64,000 nt of DNA, taken from assembly GCA_964514305.1 (NCBI GenBank), contig CAZEQD010000004.1:20-64019 (forward strand). Direction: 5' to 3'. Of the stretch, positions 18,684 through 27,427 are shown one piece after another. The notes beneath the pieces are model-generated. The model saw only the letters and a program-made list of their open reading frames with translations, made no database searches and had not been told where the DNA came from. The stretch is from an uncultured Eubacteriales bacterium (lineage in GTDB: Bacteria; Acidobacteriota; Aminicenantia; Aminicenantales; Aminicenantaceae). Within the stretch, counting starts at the first letter, position 1. The number at the start of each line of letters is the position of its first letter. A program made the position numbers and the translations under genes.

Positions 18684-20276
18684 CTAAAAATCTTTAACAG
18701 GAACTTTCTTTCCCTCTCCGAGAACCAGGGCCCTGTAGGCTTTTTCTACTCTATCCCAGTTTTCTTCCCTGTCCAAAGCCCAGAATCTACCCATAACTGT
18801 CACCACTTGACCTACAGTCAATTCCCTGCACATCTGCTCCACTTTATTTACATAAACAGCTCCACTTTCCGGTTTTTCCCCTCTCCTTCCGATTAGAGCA
18901 TGAACAAACACTTTATTGATCCCTATCTGTTGGGCAAGCCTCAGGAGTTGATAGAGATGCTTTATAGTTCCATGAGAACTGTAATGGGAAACAATACCTA
19001 AAAGATGAAGGGACTTTTTCTCTTTTTTAGCTCCTTCCATAGCCCACAAAAAAGCAGTATTCTGAAAAAAAAGGCCATCTTCAATGGCTTTATCTATTCT
19101 TACTCTATCCAAAAAAACTCGCCTTCCCGCCCCAAGGTGAAGATGTCCTGCTTCAGAATTACCAACCGTATGAGCTGGCATCCCCACTGCTTCTCCTGAA
19201 GCTTGAAGCTGACAGTGAGGAAATTCTGACCATAGCTTATCAAAGTAAGGAGTTCTGGCAACATAAAGAAGATTGCCAGGCCCTTTCTCTTTTAACCCCC
19301 AGCCATCGAGGATAAGGAGGACAACCCGTCGCTGGGTATGAGCTTCTTCCTGAGAATTAAGAAGAAGAGTTTTTCCAGTTATTTCAGATGGTTGATTTAA
19401 ATTAAGAAGATTGATAATAGTAGGGGTAACATCGGCCAGCTCTCCCCTTTCCTTTAACAACCATTTTTTAGATCCAAAATTAGCATAATCAGCTAAAATA
19501 AAAGGCACAGGATTTTTTGTATGACCAGTATTGATAGAACCATCTTCATAAAACCATTCCTCAACGGTACCATGATCTGAAGTAACAATTAAAGTCACTC
19601 CTTCTTGGCGGCAGGCCTCAATAACTTTTCCCAGTTGGAAGTCAACTGTTTCCACTGCTTTAAGGACGGCCTGTCTATCTCCGGTATGGCCGACTACATC
19701 TACATTGGCAAAATTGGCTATTATTAATGAATAAGAAGGATCTTTTATTTTTAAAGATAAGGAGACGGCTACTTCTTTGGCACTCATTTCAGGCTGGAGA
19801 TTATAGGTAGGTATTCCAGAAGGTGAATCAATGATTATTCTTTCTTCACCCGGAAAAATTTTATTATTTTTGCCATTCATAAAAAATCCAACGTGAACTG
19901 CCTTTTCAGACTCAGCGATTTTCAGAACTTTTAGGCCACTTTTAGTTACCACCTCAGTTAAAGTATTCTTAATTTCTCCAGGGGAAGGGAAAGCTACCTT
20001 GGCCTTAAGAGAGGGATGATACTCGATCATTGTCACAAACCTGAGATCCAAGTCAGGAACAACTGGAAAATGTTTAAAATTTCTCTCAGTTAAGGCTCTG
20101 GTCAACTCAATTTCCCTCTCACCTCTAATGTCGTAAAAAATAACAGAATCTCCCTTTTTTATCCTACCTAAGGGATGATTATTTTTATCCACCGCTACTA
20201 TTGGGTCTAAGTTTTCGTCTTCTTCACCTGCTTGATAGGCGCTTTTAATGGCTTTAACCAACGATGAATTAATCAC
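18684..20276 (-). CDS. gpmI: 2,3-bisphosphoglycerate-independent phosphoglycerate mutase, apparently circularly permuted
   Basis: All iPGM motifs are present but reordered. The C-terminal phosphatase-half motifs (HVGFFMNGK, NLQPEMS, VDVVGHTGD, TSDHGT, HTKNPVPF) come first. They are followed by LILDGWG, GNSEAGHLHLGAGR, RRGEKPES, LDREENWDRVEKAY. Confidence 0.8.
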   Translation of the reverse strand: MINSSLVKAIKSAYQAGEEDENLDPIVAVDKNNHPLGRIKKGDSVIFYDIRGEREIELTRALTERNFKHFPVVPDLDLRFVTMIEYHPSLKAKVAFPSPGEIKNTLTEVVTKSGLKVLKIAESEKAVHVGFFMNGKNNKIFPGEERIIIDSPSGIPTYNLQPEMSAKEVAVSLSLKIKDPSYSLIIANFANVDVVGHTGDRQAVLKAVETVDFQLGKVIEACRQEGVTLIVTSDHGTVEEWFYEDGSINTGHTKNPVPFILADYANFGSKKWLLKERGELADVTPTIINLLNLNQPSEITGKTLLLNSQEEAHTQRRVVLLILDGWGLKEKGPGNLLYVARTPYFDKLWSEFPHCQLQASGEAVGMPAHTVGNSEAGHLHLGAGRRVFLDRVRIDKAIEDGLFFQNTAFLWAMEGAKKEKKSLHLLGIVSHYSSHGTIKHLYQLLRLAQQIGINKVFVHALIGRRGEKPESGAVYVNKVEQMCRELTVGQVVTVMGRFWALDREENWDRVEKAYRALVLGEGKKVPVKDF

Positions 20277-20405
20277 ATTTATCTCCTTATCCTTCTAATA
20301 TCAGGCCTATACTATAGAAATGAAGATAAAGGTTGTCAACTTACTCAGGGCAAAATTAGACAATGGCAACTTCCTTTTTTCTTGGATATCCAATAATTAA
20401 AGGAT

Positions 20406-21293
20406 TTATCTGAAACTTAATAGAGCTGAGGGATCTACTCTGCTTCCAAAAATTTTTACCCCCCAATGGAGATGAGGACCGGTTACCCGGCCAGTAGCAC
20501 CTACTTCTCCAATAGTTTCTCCTTTTCTTACTTGTTGCCCTCTTTTTACTCTGATTTTTGAAAAATGACAGTAAATAGTAAAAACTCCTAAACCATGATT
20601 AATGATGACTGTCTTTCCGGAAAAATATAATTCTGCGGCCAAAACCACCTGTCCTGAGTTTGAAGCCCTGACGGGCGTTCCAGCAGAAGCAGCTATATCC
20701 AAGCCACTATGGGAGGATCGAGGTTGATTGTTATATACTCTTCTCTCGCCGAATTGAGCGGTTATTCTGCCAGAGACAGGCATGATAAAGGCTCCATCGC
20801 TCCACCATTGGGAACTAAACATAGAATATATGGTTTTTAGAATTTCTGCTTCTCTTTTTATCCTTTGCCTCACCTCTGGTGGAGGAGTTACATATTTTTG
20901 CTCAACCCATAATTTAATTAACGGGAATTGTTTAGGAGAGATAACGATTTTTCGCTCAAACATTTGCCACAATCCATTTTTATCCTCCAAGAAAATTTTA
21001 ATAGGATATTCTCCCGGCTGAAGAGAAAGATCTAATCCTATAAAAGCCATTAGCTTTAATCCTTGACTGTCTTTACCCATTCTGTATTCTTTTCCTAAAA
21101 ATATAACCTTGGCCGCTTCTATCCCCTGTTGCTTTTCAATCTTTAAAGCAATAACCTCTCCTGGCTGAAGAGTTCTATAGCTAACGCCAACGGCTATTCC
21201 AGAAGGGCTAAGCCACTTTTCACTCTGAAAAGAAAAAAGACAACTCTGACTAAAAAGAAAAAAGACAAAAAATATAAAAGTTAATTTTCTCAT
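20406..21293 (-). CDS. Secreted M23 family peptidase
   Basis: Signal peptide. 'HSGLDIAASAGTPV' and 'HLHWGV' M23 metal-binding blocks. Confidence 0.75.
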   Translation of the reverse strand: MRKLTFIFFVFFLFSQSCLFSFQSEKWLSPSGIAVGVSYRTLQPGEVIALKIEKQQGIEAAKVIFLGKEYRMGKDSQGLKLMAFIGLDLSLQPGEYPIKIFLEDKNGLWQMFERKIVISPKQFPLIKLWVEQKYVTPPPEVRQRIKREAEILKTIYSMFSSQWWSDGAFIMPVSGRITAQFGERRVYNNQPRSSHSGLDIAASAGTPVRASNSGQVVLAAELYFSGKTVIINHGLGVFTIYCHFSKIRVKRGQQVRKGETIGEVGATGRVTGPHLHWGVKIFGSRVDPSALLSFR

Positions 21294-21297
21294 TTTT

Positions 21298-22131
21298 TTA
21301 ACCTAAAAATTTAAGAATTAGCTGATTGACTTCTGGCCACTTCTCCACCTGGGGAAGATGCCCACATTTATCAAAGACAACCAACTTAGAGTTCTTAATT
21401 AAATTCTTTCCCCGGTAGGCTTGAACTACGGGAATGATCCTATCGTTTCTCCCCCAAATAATAAGTGTGGGCTGGTTTAAAAGGCTAGCCCTTTCCATTA
21501 TCGGATCTAAAATATCTTTTTTCAGCCCACCCAGATTAACTCCTCTGCGCAAAATCCGAAGGCAGACTTTTCTGGCCAAGGGAGATTCAAACATCTTTAG
21601 GACACAGCTAACCAATTCGGCCGGCAATTTTTGGCGGTCATAGAATAATCTAGAAAGGAATAGTTTAGTAATTATAAAATGCCGCAGATAAAAAGTAATT
21701 TCCCCCAAAGGATAAAGGGTACCAAGCCTTAATAAAAAAGAAAGTTCTCGTCCAAAACCAGCGTTATCTACCAAGATAAGTCTTTCAATTCTTTGGCCTA
21801 ATTCAGAAGCAGTATAAAGGGCGATAAGGCCACCAAGAGAATTTCCAATCAAAGAAACCGAACGAAGCTTAAGACTCTCCAGAAAAGAACGCATGAAATT
21901 TGAGGCCAAATCAAGACTGAACTCTATCTGGGGTTTGGCTGAATAACCAAAACCCAAGAAATCAAAGGCTATAACGTGATATTTATGGGAAAGATAGTTA
22001 AAATTAAATCTCCACCATTCGAGAGAGCCACCCAAGCCATGAATTAGGACTAAATGGGGCCCCTTGCCCCTGGCTGCGCATCTAATCTTGTAGCCATTGA
22101 CCTTAATAAAAAATGTCTCCATTCTCAACAA
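21298..22131 (-). CDS. Alpha/beta-fold hydrolase
   Basis: 'LVLIHGLGGS' and nucleophile elbow 'GNSLGG'. Confidence 0.7.
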   Translation of the reverse strand: MLRMETFFIKVNGYKIRCAARGKGPHLVLIHGLGGSLEWWRFNFNYLSHKYHVIAFDFLGFGYSAKPQIEFSLDLASNFMRSFLESLKLRSVSLIGNSLGGLIALYTASELGQRIERLILVDNAGFGRELSFLLRLGTLYPLGEITFYLRHFIITKLFLSRLFYDRQKLPAELVSCVLKMFESPLARKVCLRILRRGVNLGGLKKDILDPIMERASLLNQPTLIIWGRNDRIIPVVQAYRGKNLIKNSKLVVFDKCGHLPQVEKWPEVNQLILKFLG

Positions 22132-22138
22132 AAATAAT

Positions 22139-22718
22139 TCAAGCTTTTATTTGCTTTTTGAGAATCCTACCTGGTAAATTTCCTGTATGTTGGCCCCGAT
22201 TTATGACTACCCGACCATTAACTATCACATACTCAAGGTCGAACTGTTGTTTTAAATCCTCCTTCATCTCTTCAAATTTTGTTTGATCTAGGGGGAAAAG
22301 GAGAATATCCACAATTGCCACTGATGAGGGTCGTAATTCCCTGTCGAATCGAACTTTCTGCTTTGGGATTAACCAAAAGGCTAATATCTGTATGATCATG
22401 GACATCTATGAACCCTGAACAAACAGCCAGCCCTTTTGCTTCAATAACTGTTTTTGCCTTGGAGCTTGAGATCTTACCTATTTCTTTAATTGAATCTCCA
22501 AGGATACCTATATCTGCTTCAATTCCCTCGTGACCTAAACCATCGAAAACTTCTCCTTCTTTCAGAACAAGATCAAAATCCTTATTAGTTTTACAACCTT
22601 TTAGTAAAAAGCTGCTACTTCCAAACCCAGCAATGGCTATTATCTGGCTACTTTTTTTTAAAAAATGCCGGCGAGATATTTTCCTTTTCATAATTATCTC
22701 CTCAGTCACCAAATTCAA
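22139..22718 (-). pseudogene. Decayed Tat-exported amidohydrolase (D-aminoacylase-like) with a large internal deletion and frameshift
   Basis: N-terminal 148-aa frame: Tat signal 'RRHFLKKS', 'GFIDVHDHTD'. A different-frame 88-aa piece ends '...VNGRVVINRGQHTGNLPGRIL', a D-aminoacylase C-terminus. The two overlap at 22272-22405, and about 300 aa of the middle is missing. Confidence 0.6.
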
Positions 22719-22842
22719 AGTTAATATATAAAATAAATAATAAGAAATCTACTCTCCAAAAGGAGAATTATTCTTATTTCGGCCGAAAAACAATCTCCTC
22801 TTCATGATTTTATGATAAAATAAATTAAATTTTAACTAAGGA

Positions 22843-22953
22843 ATGACGATGAAAATAAGCAGAAGAGATTTTCTATTGTTGTCGGGTATAAGCCCAACTT
22901 TATTTTCTAAAAAAAGAGAGAAGCCAAAAAACCATCTGTTCTCCTCCAGTTAA
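22843..22953 (+). pseudogene. N-terminal stub of a Tat-exported protein
   Basis: 'MTMKISRRDFLLLSGISPTLFS' twin-arginine signal, followed by a stop after 36 codons. No downstream continuation. Confidence 0.4.
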
Positions 22954-23141
22954 AACCGAAATTTTCAAGATACGATCCCTGGCTTGAGTTAAATCTTGAT
23001 CATTTAGGTTAGAATCTGGAGAAAGTTAGAAAAAAAGCGAAAGTGCCTATCATGGCTGTCATCAAATCTGCAAATTTATCAACTACTTCTGGTTTCATAA
23101 TAAACCTCTTCTTCAATATAAACCTTTATAATTTATAATTA

Positions 23142-23609
23142 TTAGCTACCAATAGTTGATAGCCAATATTGCCAATTCTTTATTCGAGGAAAATACATAA
23201 AAAGAAGAATTGCCGAAACAATAAGGAGTAGATAAAAATCTCTGGAAATTCCACTTAAAAAAAAGAAAATCAAGCCATAAAGAGCAGGACCTTCACTTAA
23301 AACAGTGGAGATAATCGATGCTTGACTGAGCCTATTAATTAATTTTAGGCGGTCAGCAGTAGGTAACCTTTTTAAAAGGAATCCCTTTATTATCCTTAAA
23401 AGAAAAACATGGATAATAGAAAGAGCATAAAAAACATACCTTAAACTCTTCATTTCCCCTAAAGGAATAAAGCCTACCCAAGATTGATGATAAGCTTTTA
23501 CATACTCCACAACAATGACATAAATAACAAGGCTTCCGATAACAGAAGCTCCTATGACTACAGCTAACCTGAAAGCTTTGTTTAATTCTTGATCATTTAT
23601 TTCATCCAT
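23142..23609 (-). CDS. Hypothetical membrane protein
   Basis: Four hydrophobic helices. Confidence 0.4.
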   Translation of the reverse strand: MDEINDQELNKAFRLAVVIGASVIGSLVIYVIVVEYVKAYHQSWVGFIPLGEMKSLRYVFYALSIIHVFLLRIIKGFLLKRLPTADRLKLINRLSQASIISTVLSEGPALYGLIFFFLSGISRDFYLLLIVSAILLFMYFPRIKNWQYWLSTIGS

Positions 23610-23650
23610 TATTCTCTCCTTATTATTTTTTTACTCTCTATTTGAAATAT

Positions 23651-24487
23651 TTAAAAATCAAAGCAAAAAATGATTGATTGCTGCTGCGATGAAAATTCAA
23701 AATAAACCCTTAGCTTCTTTTCTTGCCTTTGTTTATGTAAACCCAGTATTTTTTGAGCTACTACATAACCGGCCACTCCCCCCAAAAAGACATCTGAAGC
23801 CCAGTGTTTATTACCATAAACTCTGGATAAAGAAGCCAAGGTGGCTAAACTATAAGCCAAAAAATCAATATAAAATCTCTGGCTTTGCTGGGCAACTACT
23901 GTAGCTACGGCAAAAGCAGAAGCAGCATGGCCAGAAGGAAAAGAGTAGAAACCAGATTTCAGGGAAAAAGGATGAAAAGACAGGCTTCCTTCATCTTTAT
24001 AAGGCCGGGCTCGGCCCAAAATGAATTTTGCCGAGGAAACAATTGCTCCCGTCAGCAACCAGCTTTCTAAACTGATAAGAGCGATTTTCCTGATATTATT
24101 GTCTTTCCCAATCTCCCCTGAAAGATACAATCCAGCCAAGGCGCTTCCCAAAAAATACCCGCTACCCAATATAGAAAAGGCTCGAGAAAGATTGGAAGCC
24201 CCAGAATTTTGATGTTTCAAAACCCAGCTATTTATGTTTTCGTCCACGGTAAATAAAAGAAGGCTGCTACCAAGGATAGCCGAAAATTCCAGAAGATCGC
24301 TTCTCTGCCAATGGCCGGGAGAAACTACTATATCTTTAAAATCATTTAAATAATATCGGAAATATTCTTTATTCAGCCTATAATTTAAAGTATGCTCTTT
24401 CCCATAAACAGCACTTTGAACAACAGAAAAATATAAAAAAACTATAACAATGCTCTTTATAAGCTTTGAATTTCTAGATAAGAACAA
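23651..24487 (-). CDS. PAP2-family phosphatase
   Basis: 'KFILGRARPY', 'PSGHAASAFA', 'SRVYGNKHWASDV' (KX6RP / PSGH / SRX5HX3D). Confidence 0.8.
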   Translation of the reverse strand: MFLSRNSKLIKSIVIVFLYFSVVQSAVYGKEHTLNYRLNKEYFRYYLNDFKDIVVSPGHWQRSDLLEFSAILGSSLLLFTVDENINSWVLKHQNSGASNLSRAFSILGSGYFLGSALAGLYLSGEIGKDNNIRKIALISLESWLLTGAIVSSAKFILGRARPYKDEGSLSFHPFSLKSGFYSFPSGHAASAFAVATVVAQQSQRFYIDFLAYSLATLASLSRVYGNKHWASDVFLGGVAGYVVAQKILGLHKQRQEKKLRVYFEFSSQQQSIIFCFDF

Positions 24488-24511
24488 CTTCCTTTCCTAT
24501 TTTTTTCCTCA

Positions 24512-25777
24512 TCATTCATCCAAGAAACTTTCAATAATTTTAAGGCTCACCTCAGTAGCACCTTGAAGATTAGTAAGAATTTCTTTAGCTCTTTGTCCCA
24601 TTCTTTCCACCCTTTCTTGGTTTCCAGCCAAAAATATGTTCATTAAATCTTGATCGCTTTTTATTTGTTTGGCTGCTTTCTCCTGGAGAAATTTCTGAGC
24701 TAAATAAGAGAAATTTTCCATATGAGGTCCGAAGTAAATCGGTTTGCCATAAAAAGCTGGTTCCAGGAGATTATGTCCTCCCCACGGTATTAAACTCCCC
24801 CCAATAAAGGTTACATCCGAAAGGGCATAAAATTTAGGCAATTCTCCAATAGTATCAACAATCAATACATCCCAAGATCGATAAAGTGAAAAAGAGGTTC
24901 TTCTTTGCACCTTAAAACCATAATTTTTAGCTGTTTTCTCTATTTCTTCAGCTCTTTCTGGATGACGAGGAACTAGAATCAATAAAATATTTTTCTTAAT
25001 TCTTAAAGCACTAGCGTAGGCTCTTAGGATTTTAGCCTCTTCACCTTTTCTCGTACTGCCGGCCACAATTACTGAGCAGCCTTTTTCAATACCTAAACTC
25101 TCTTTTAATTTTAAAAGCTCGCTTTCAGTTAAAACCGGCAGGCGAATTTCTGCTTTTAAATTTCCGGCTACCTCAATCTTAGCCGTATTTATCCCCAATC
25201 TTTCTAAGTATTGCTTATCCTTTTCTGTTTGCATTAAAAAAAAGCTAATATTCTCCAAAACATTTTTTATGATCCTTTTTACCTTTTTATATCTCTTAAA
25301 AGATCGATTAGAAATTCTACCATTGACTAATATTACCCCCCGAGTTTGTTTCCGTGCTTCTTTTATCAGATTAGGCCAAAATTCAGACTCAGCCAAGATA
25401 AAAGCTTCTGGTTTCAACACCCTAAAAAACTTTTTTACTACCCATTTAAAATCAAGAGGAACAAAAAAGAAATTATCTATCCCCTCTAATTTTTCTTTAG
25501 CTATCTGGAGCCCAGTACTAGTTAAGGCGGAAAAATGAACAAAATAATCAGGATGTCTTTTTTTAAATTCCTTGACTAAATTCCGCAGAGAAAGCACTTC
25601 GCCAACCGAAACAGCATGAATCCAGATCGATTTAGAAGGCAAGCTGGGAGGCCAGAGATTAAACCCTAGCCTTTCTCGAAGATTTAGATTATCTCCCTTT
25701 AATTTTAAGCGAACAAAATAAATAGGGATTAAAACAATTAAAGATAAAAATAGCAGGGTAGAATAGAAAATATACAC
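24512..25777 (-). CDS. kdtA: 3-deoxy-D-manno-octulosonic acid (Kdo) transferase
   Basis: N-terminal TM, 'WIHAVSVGE' motif, and a glycosyltransferase C-domain. Confidence 0.75.
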   Translation of the reverse strand: MYIFYSTLLFLSLIVLIPIYFVRLKLKGDNLNLRERLGFNLWPPSLPSKSIWIHAVSVGEVLSLRNLVKEFKKRHPDYFVHFSALTSTGLQIAKEKLEGIDNFFFVPLDFKWVVKKFFRVLKPEAFILAESEFWPNLIKEARKQTRGVILVNGRISNRSFKRYKKVKRIIKNVLENISFFLMQTEKDKQYLERLGINTAKIEVAGNLKAEIRLPVLTESELLKLKESLGIEKGCSVIVAGSTRKGEEAKILRAYASALRIKKNILLILVPRHPERAEEIEKTAKNYGFKVQRRTSFSLYRSWDVLIVDTIGELPKFYALSDVTFIGGSLIPWGGHNLLEPAFYGKPIYFGPHMENFSYLAQKFLQEKAAKQIKSDQDLMNIFLAGNQERVERMGQRAKEILTNLQGATEVSLKIIESFLDE

Positions 25778-25834
25778 TTTGAAGACTATACTAAATTAGT
25801 TTTCTTTGTGCAAGATAAGAGAAGAACCGCGATA

Positions 25835-25905
25835 GCTAATAATCAATAAAGTTATATTTAGAGGCAGCAATTTCAAAAAAAGATTGCCAGTTGCAGCTAT
25901 CTTTT
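25835..25905 (+). repeat. Family-A dispersed repeat, 5'-portion-only copy A4
   Basis: 'gcgatagctaataatcaataaagttatatttagaggcagc' matches the A1 start 'gcgatagctaataatgaatgaggtcatatttataggcagc'. The core is deleted. Bounded by gatagct...agctatc. Confidence 0.45.
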
Positions 25906-25967
25906 GGTAAGCTAAAAGCCCAGGCATTTCAGATTCAAATAATTGAACAGGACTGAAAGGAATTATA

Positions 25968-26339
25968 ATGACCAACGAAGAAAAACCTAAAACTCAAAAA
26001 AAACCTCTTGAAACAAAACAGTCTTCAGCCAAGGAAAAAGATAAATCTGTCGAAAGTAAGCCCGAGGAAGAAAAAGAAGAAAAAAAGGCTGAAAATTCTG
26101 AAGCCAAAAAAGAACCTAAAAAAGAAGTAAAAAAGGAAGCTGTCAAAGAAGAAAAACCTTCTGAAAAGAAAGCAGAACCAGCTCCGGTCACTGCTCCTAA
26201 GCGAAAAAAAATAAACAAAATGAGCCTCGAAGAAATAGAAGCTAAAATCGAAGAGGTTAAAAATAAAATGGGCGGACTCCACTCTAAGTATGGCCGTCAG
26301 TTGCTTATAAGAAGAGACTATTTACATTCTCTAAAATAA
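25968..26339 (+). CDS. Lys/Glu-rich low-complexity hypothetical protein
   Basis: KEEKK-type repeats; no recognisable domain. Confidence 0.35.
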   Translation: MTNEEKPKTQKKPLETKQSSAKEKDKSVESKPEEEKEEKKAENSEAKKEPKKEVKKEAVKEEKPSEKKAEPAPVTAPKRKKINKMSLEEIEAKIEEVKNKMGGLHSKYGRQLLIRRDYLHSLK

Positions 26340-26368
26340 CCAAACATCTATTTTTCATCTCATCTTAG

Positions 26369-26875
26369 CTATCTTTTTTTCATAACAAGCTTCATCCTAA
26401 TCCGGTAATAAGGAATAAGAATTAAAATAATACCAAAAAGAGAGTAGAAATAATAACTACTTATACCCTTTTCTATTCTGTGAGCAACAAGAATCAGGCT
26501 CCTTTGAAGGTGAATAAAAATAAGATTAAAGAAAATAAGAACCAAATAAATAAATTCTTGTCTTATTTTTATTAGAAGGGAGCGTTTATTCTCAGAGAGA
26601 TTGTCAATAGCGCCCACTAACAGCTTAACATCTCTAAGTTCTTTGAATTTAATCCTTGAGACAAGCCAAAAAGAAAAAAAGAAAAGAGTTTGAGCTAAAG
26701 GATAGATGAAAAAAAGAAGAGATTTCTGCCCATATAAAGTACGCTGGTTAAAGAAATTGATCCATAAAGGTATTTTTAAGGGAAGTCGAGGATAAGCATA
26801 GATGGCCATAATCCAGCCGGCAACAAGCAGCAAAATATTAGCCGCTAAAAGAAAAAGTGGGGCTTTTTTTATCAT
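26369..26875 (-). CDS. Hypothetical membrane protein
   Basis: Four TM helices. Confidence 0.4.
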   Translation of the reverse strand: MIKKAPLFLLAANILLLVAGWIMAIYAYPRLPLKIPLWINFFNQRTLYGQKSLLFFIYPLAQTLFFFSFWLVSRIKFKELRDVKLLVGAIDNLSENKRSLLIKIRQEFIYLVLIFFNLIFIHLQRSLILVAHRIEKGISSYYFYSLFGIILILIPYYRIRMKLVMKKR

Positions 26876-27137
26876 TTTGTTCGAGCCTATAGCCTATTCT
26901 AAATATTAAATTAAATTTAAGAAATCATCAATTGAAAACAGAACAGAGAAAGCTTAATTACGGTTATAGATTTATAAAATTGAAAAATCACCCTTCCCGG
27001 CAAAATATTTTTTAATTCCAGAAAAAAAGCAGTATCAAGCCAATAATAAAAAGTATAAAAAAATAAGATACACAGATAGATTTACATCTGATAAGTTTTT
27101 TGATATTATATTTTACCAATAAAAGGAGACGACAAAA

Positions 27138-27404
27138 GTGCTAAATAAAGAAGAAAAATCAAAAATAATTGGAAACTATAAAACTCATGCTGGAGATACT
27201 GGTTCACCAGAAGTTCAGATTGCTCTTATTACTAATAGAATAAATTACTTAACTAAACATTTCTTAATTCACAAGAAAGATTTTCATTCCCGGACTGGCC
27301 TTATGAAATTGGTCGGCCGCAGAAAGAGACTGCTGGAGTACCTAAAATCACAGGATGTTAAAAGGTATGAAACTCTAATTAAGAAACTCAAGCTTAGAAA
27401 ATAG
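27138..27404 (+). CDS. rpsO: 30S ribosomal protein S15
   Basis: '[25 protein letters not shown]'. GTG start with an AGGAG RBS. Confidence 0.9.
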   Translation: MLNKEEKSKIIGNYKTHAGDTGSPEVQIALITNRINYLTKHFLIHKKDFHSRTGLMKLVGRRKRLLEYLKSQDVKRYETLIKKLKLRK

Positions 27405-27427
27405 GCAAAGTTCCGGGTTTTTACAAA

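Noticed and set aside
25994-26282. Antisense 74- and 85-aa ORFs opposite the K/E-rich gene
   Set aside because: Their poly-F/S translations are artefacts of the GAA/AAG-rich repeat on the sense strand.
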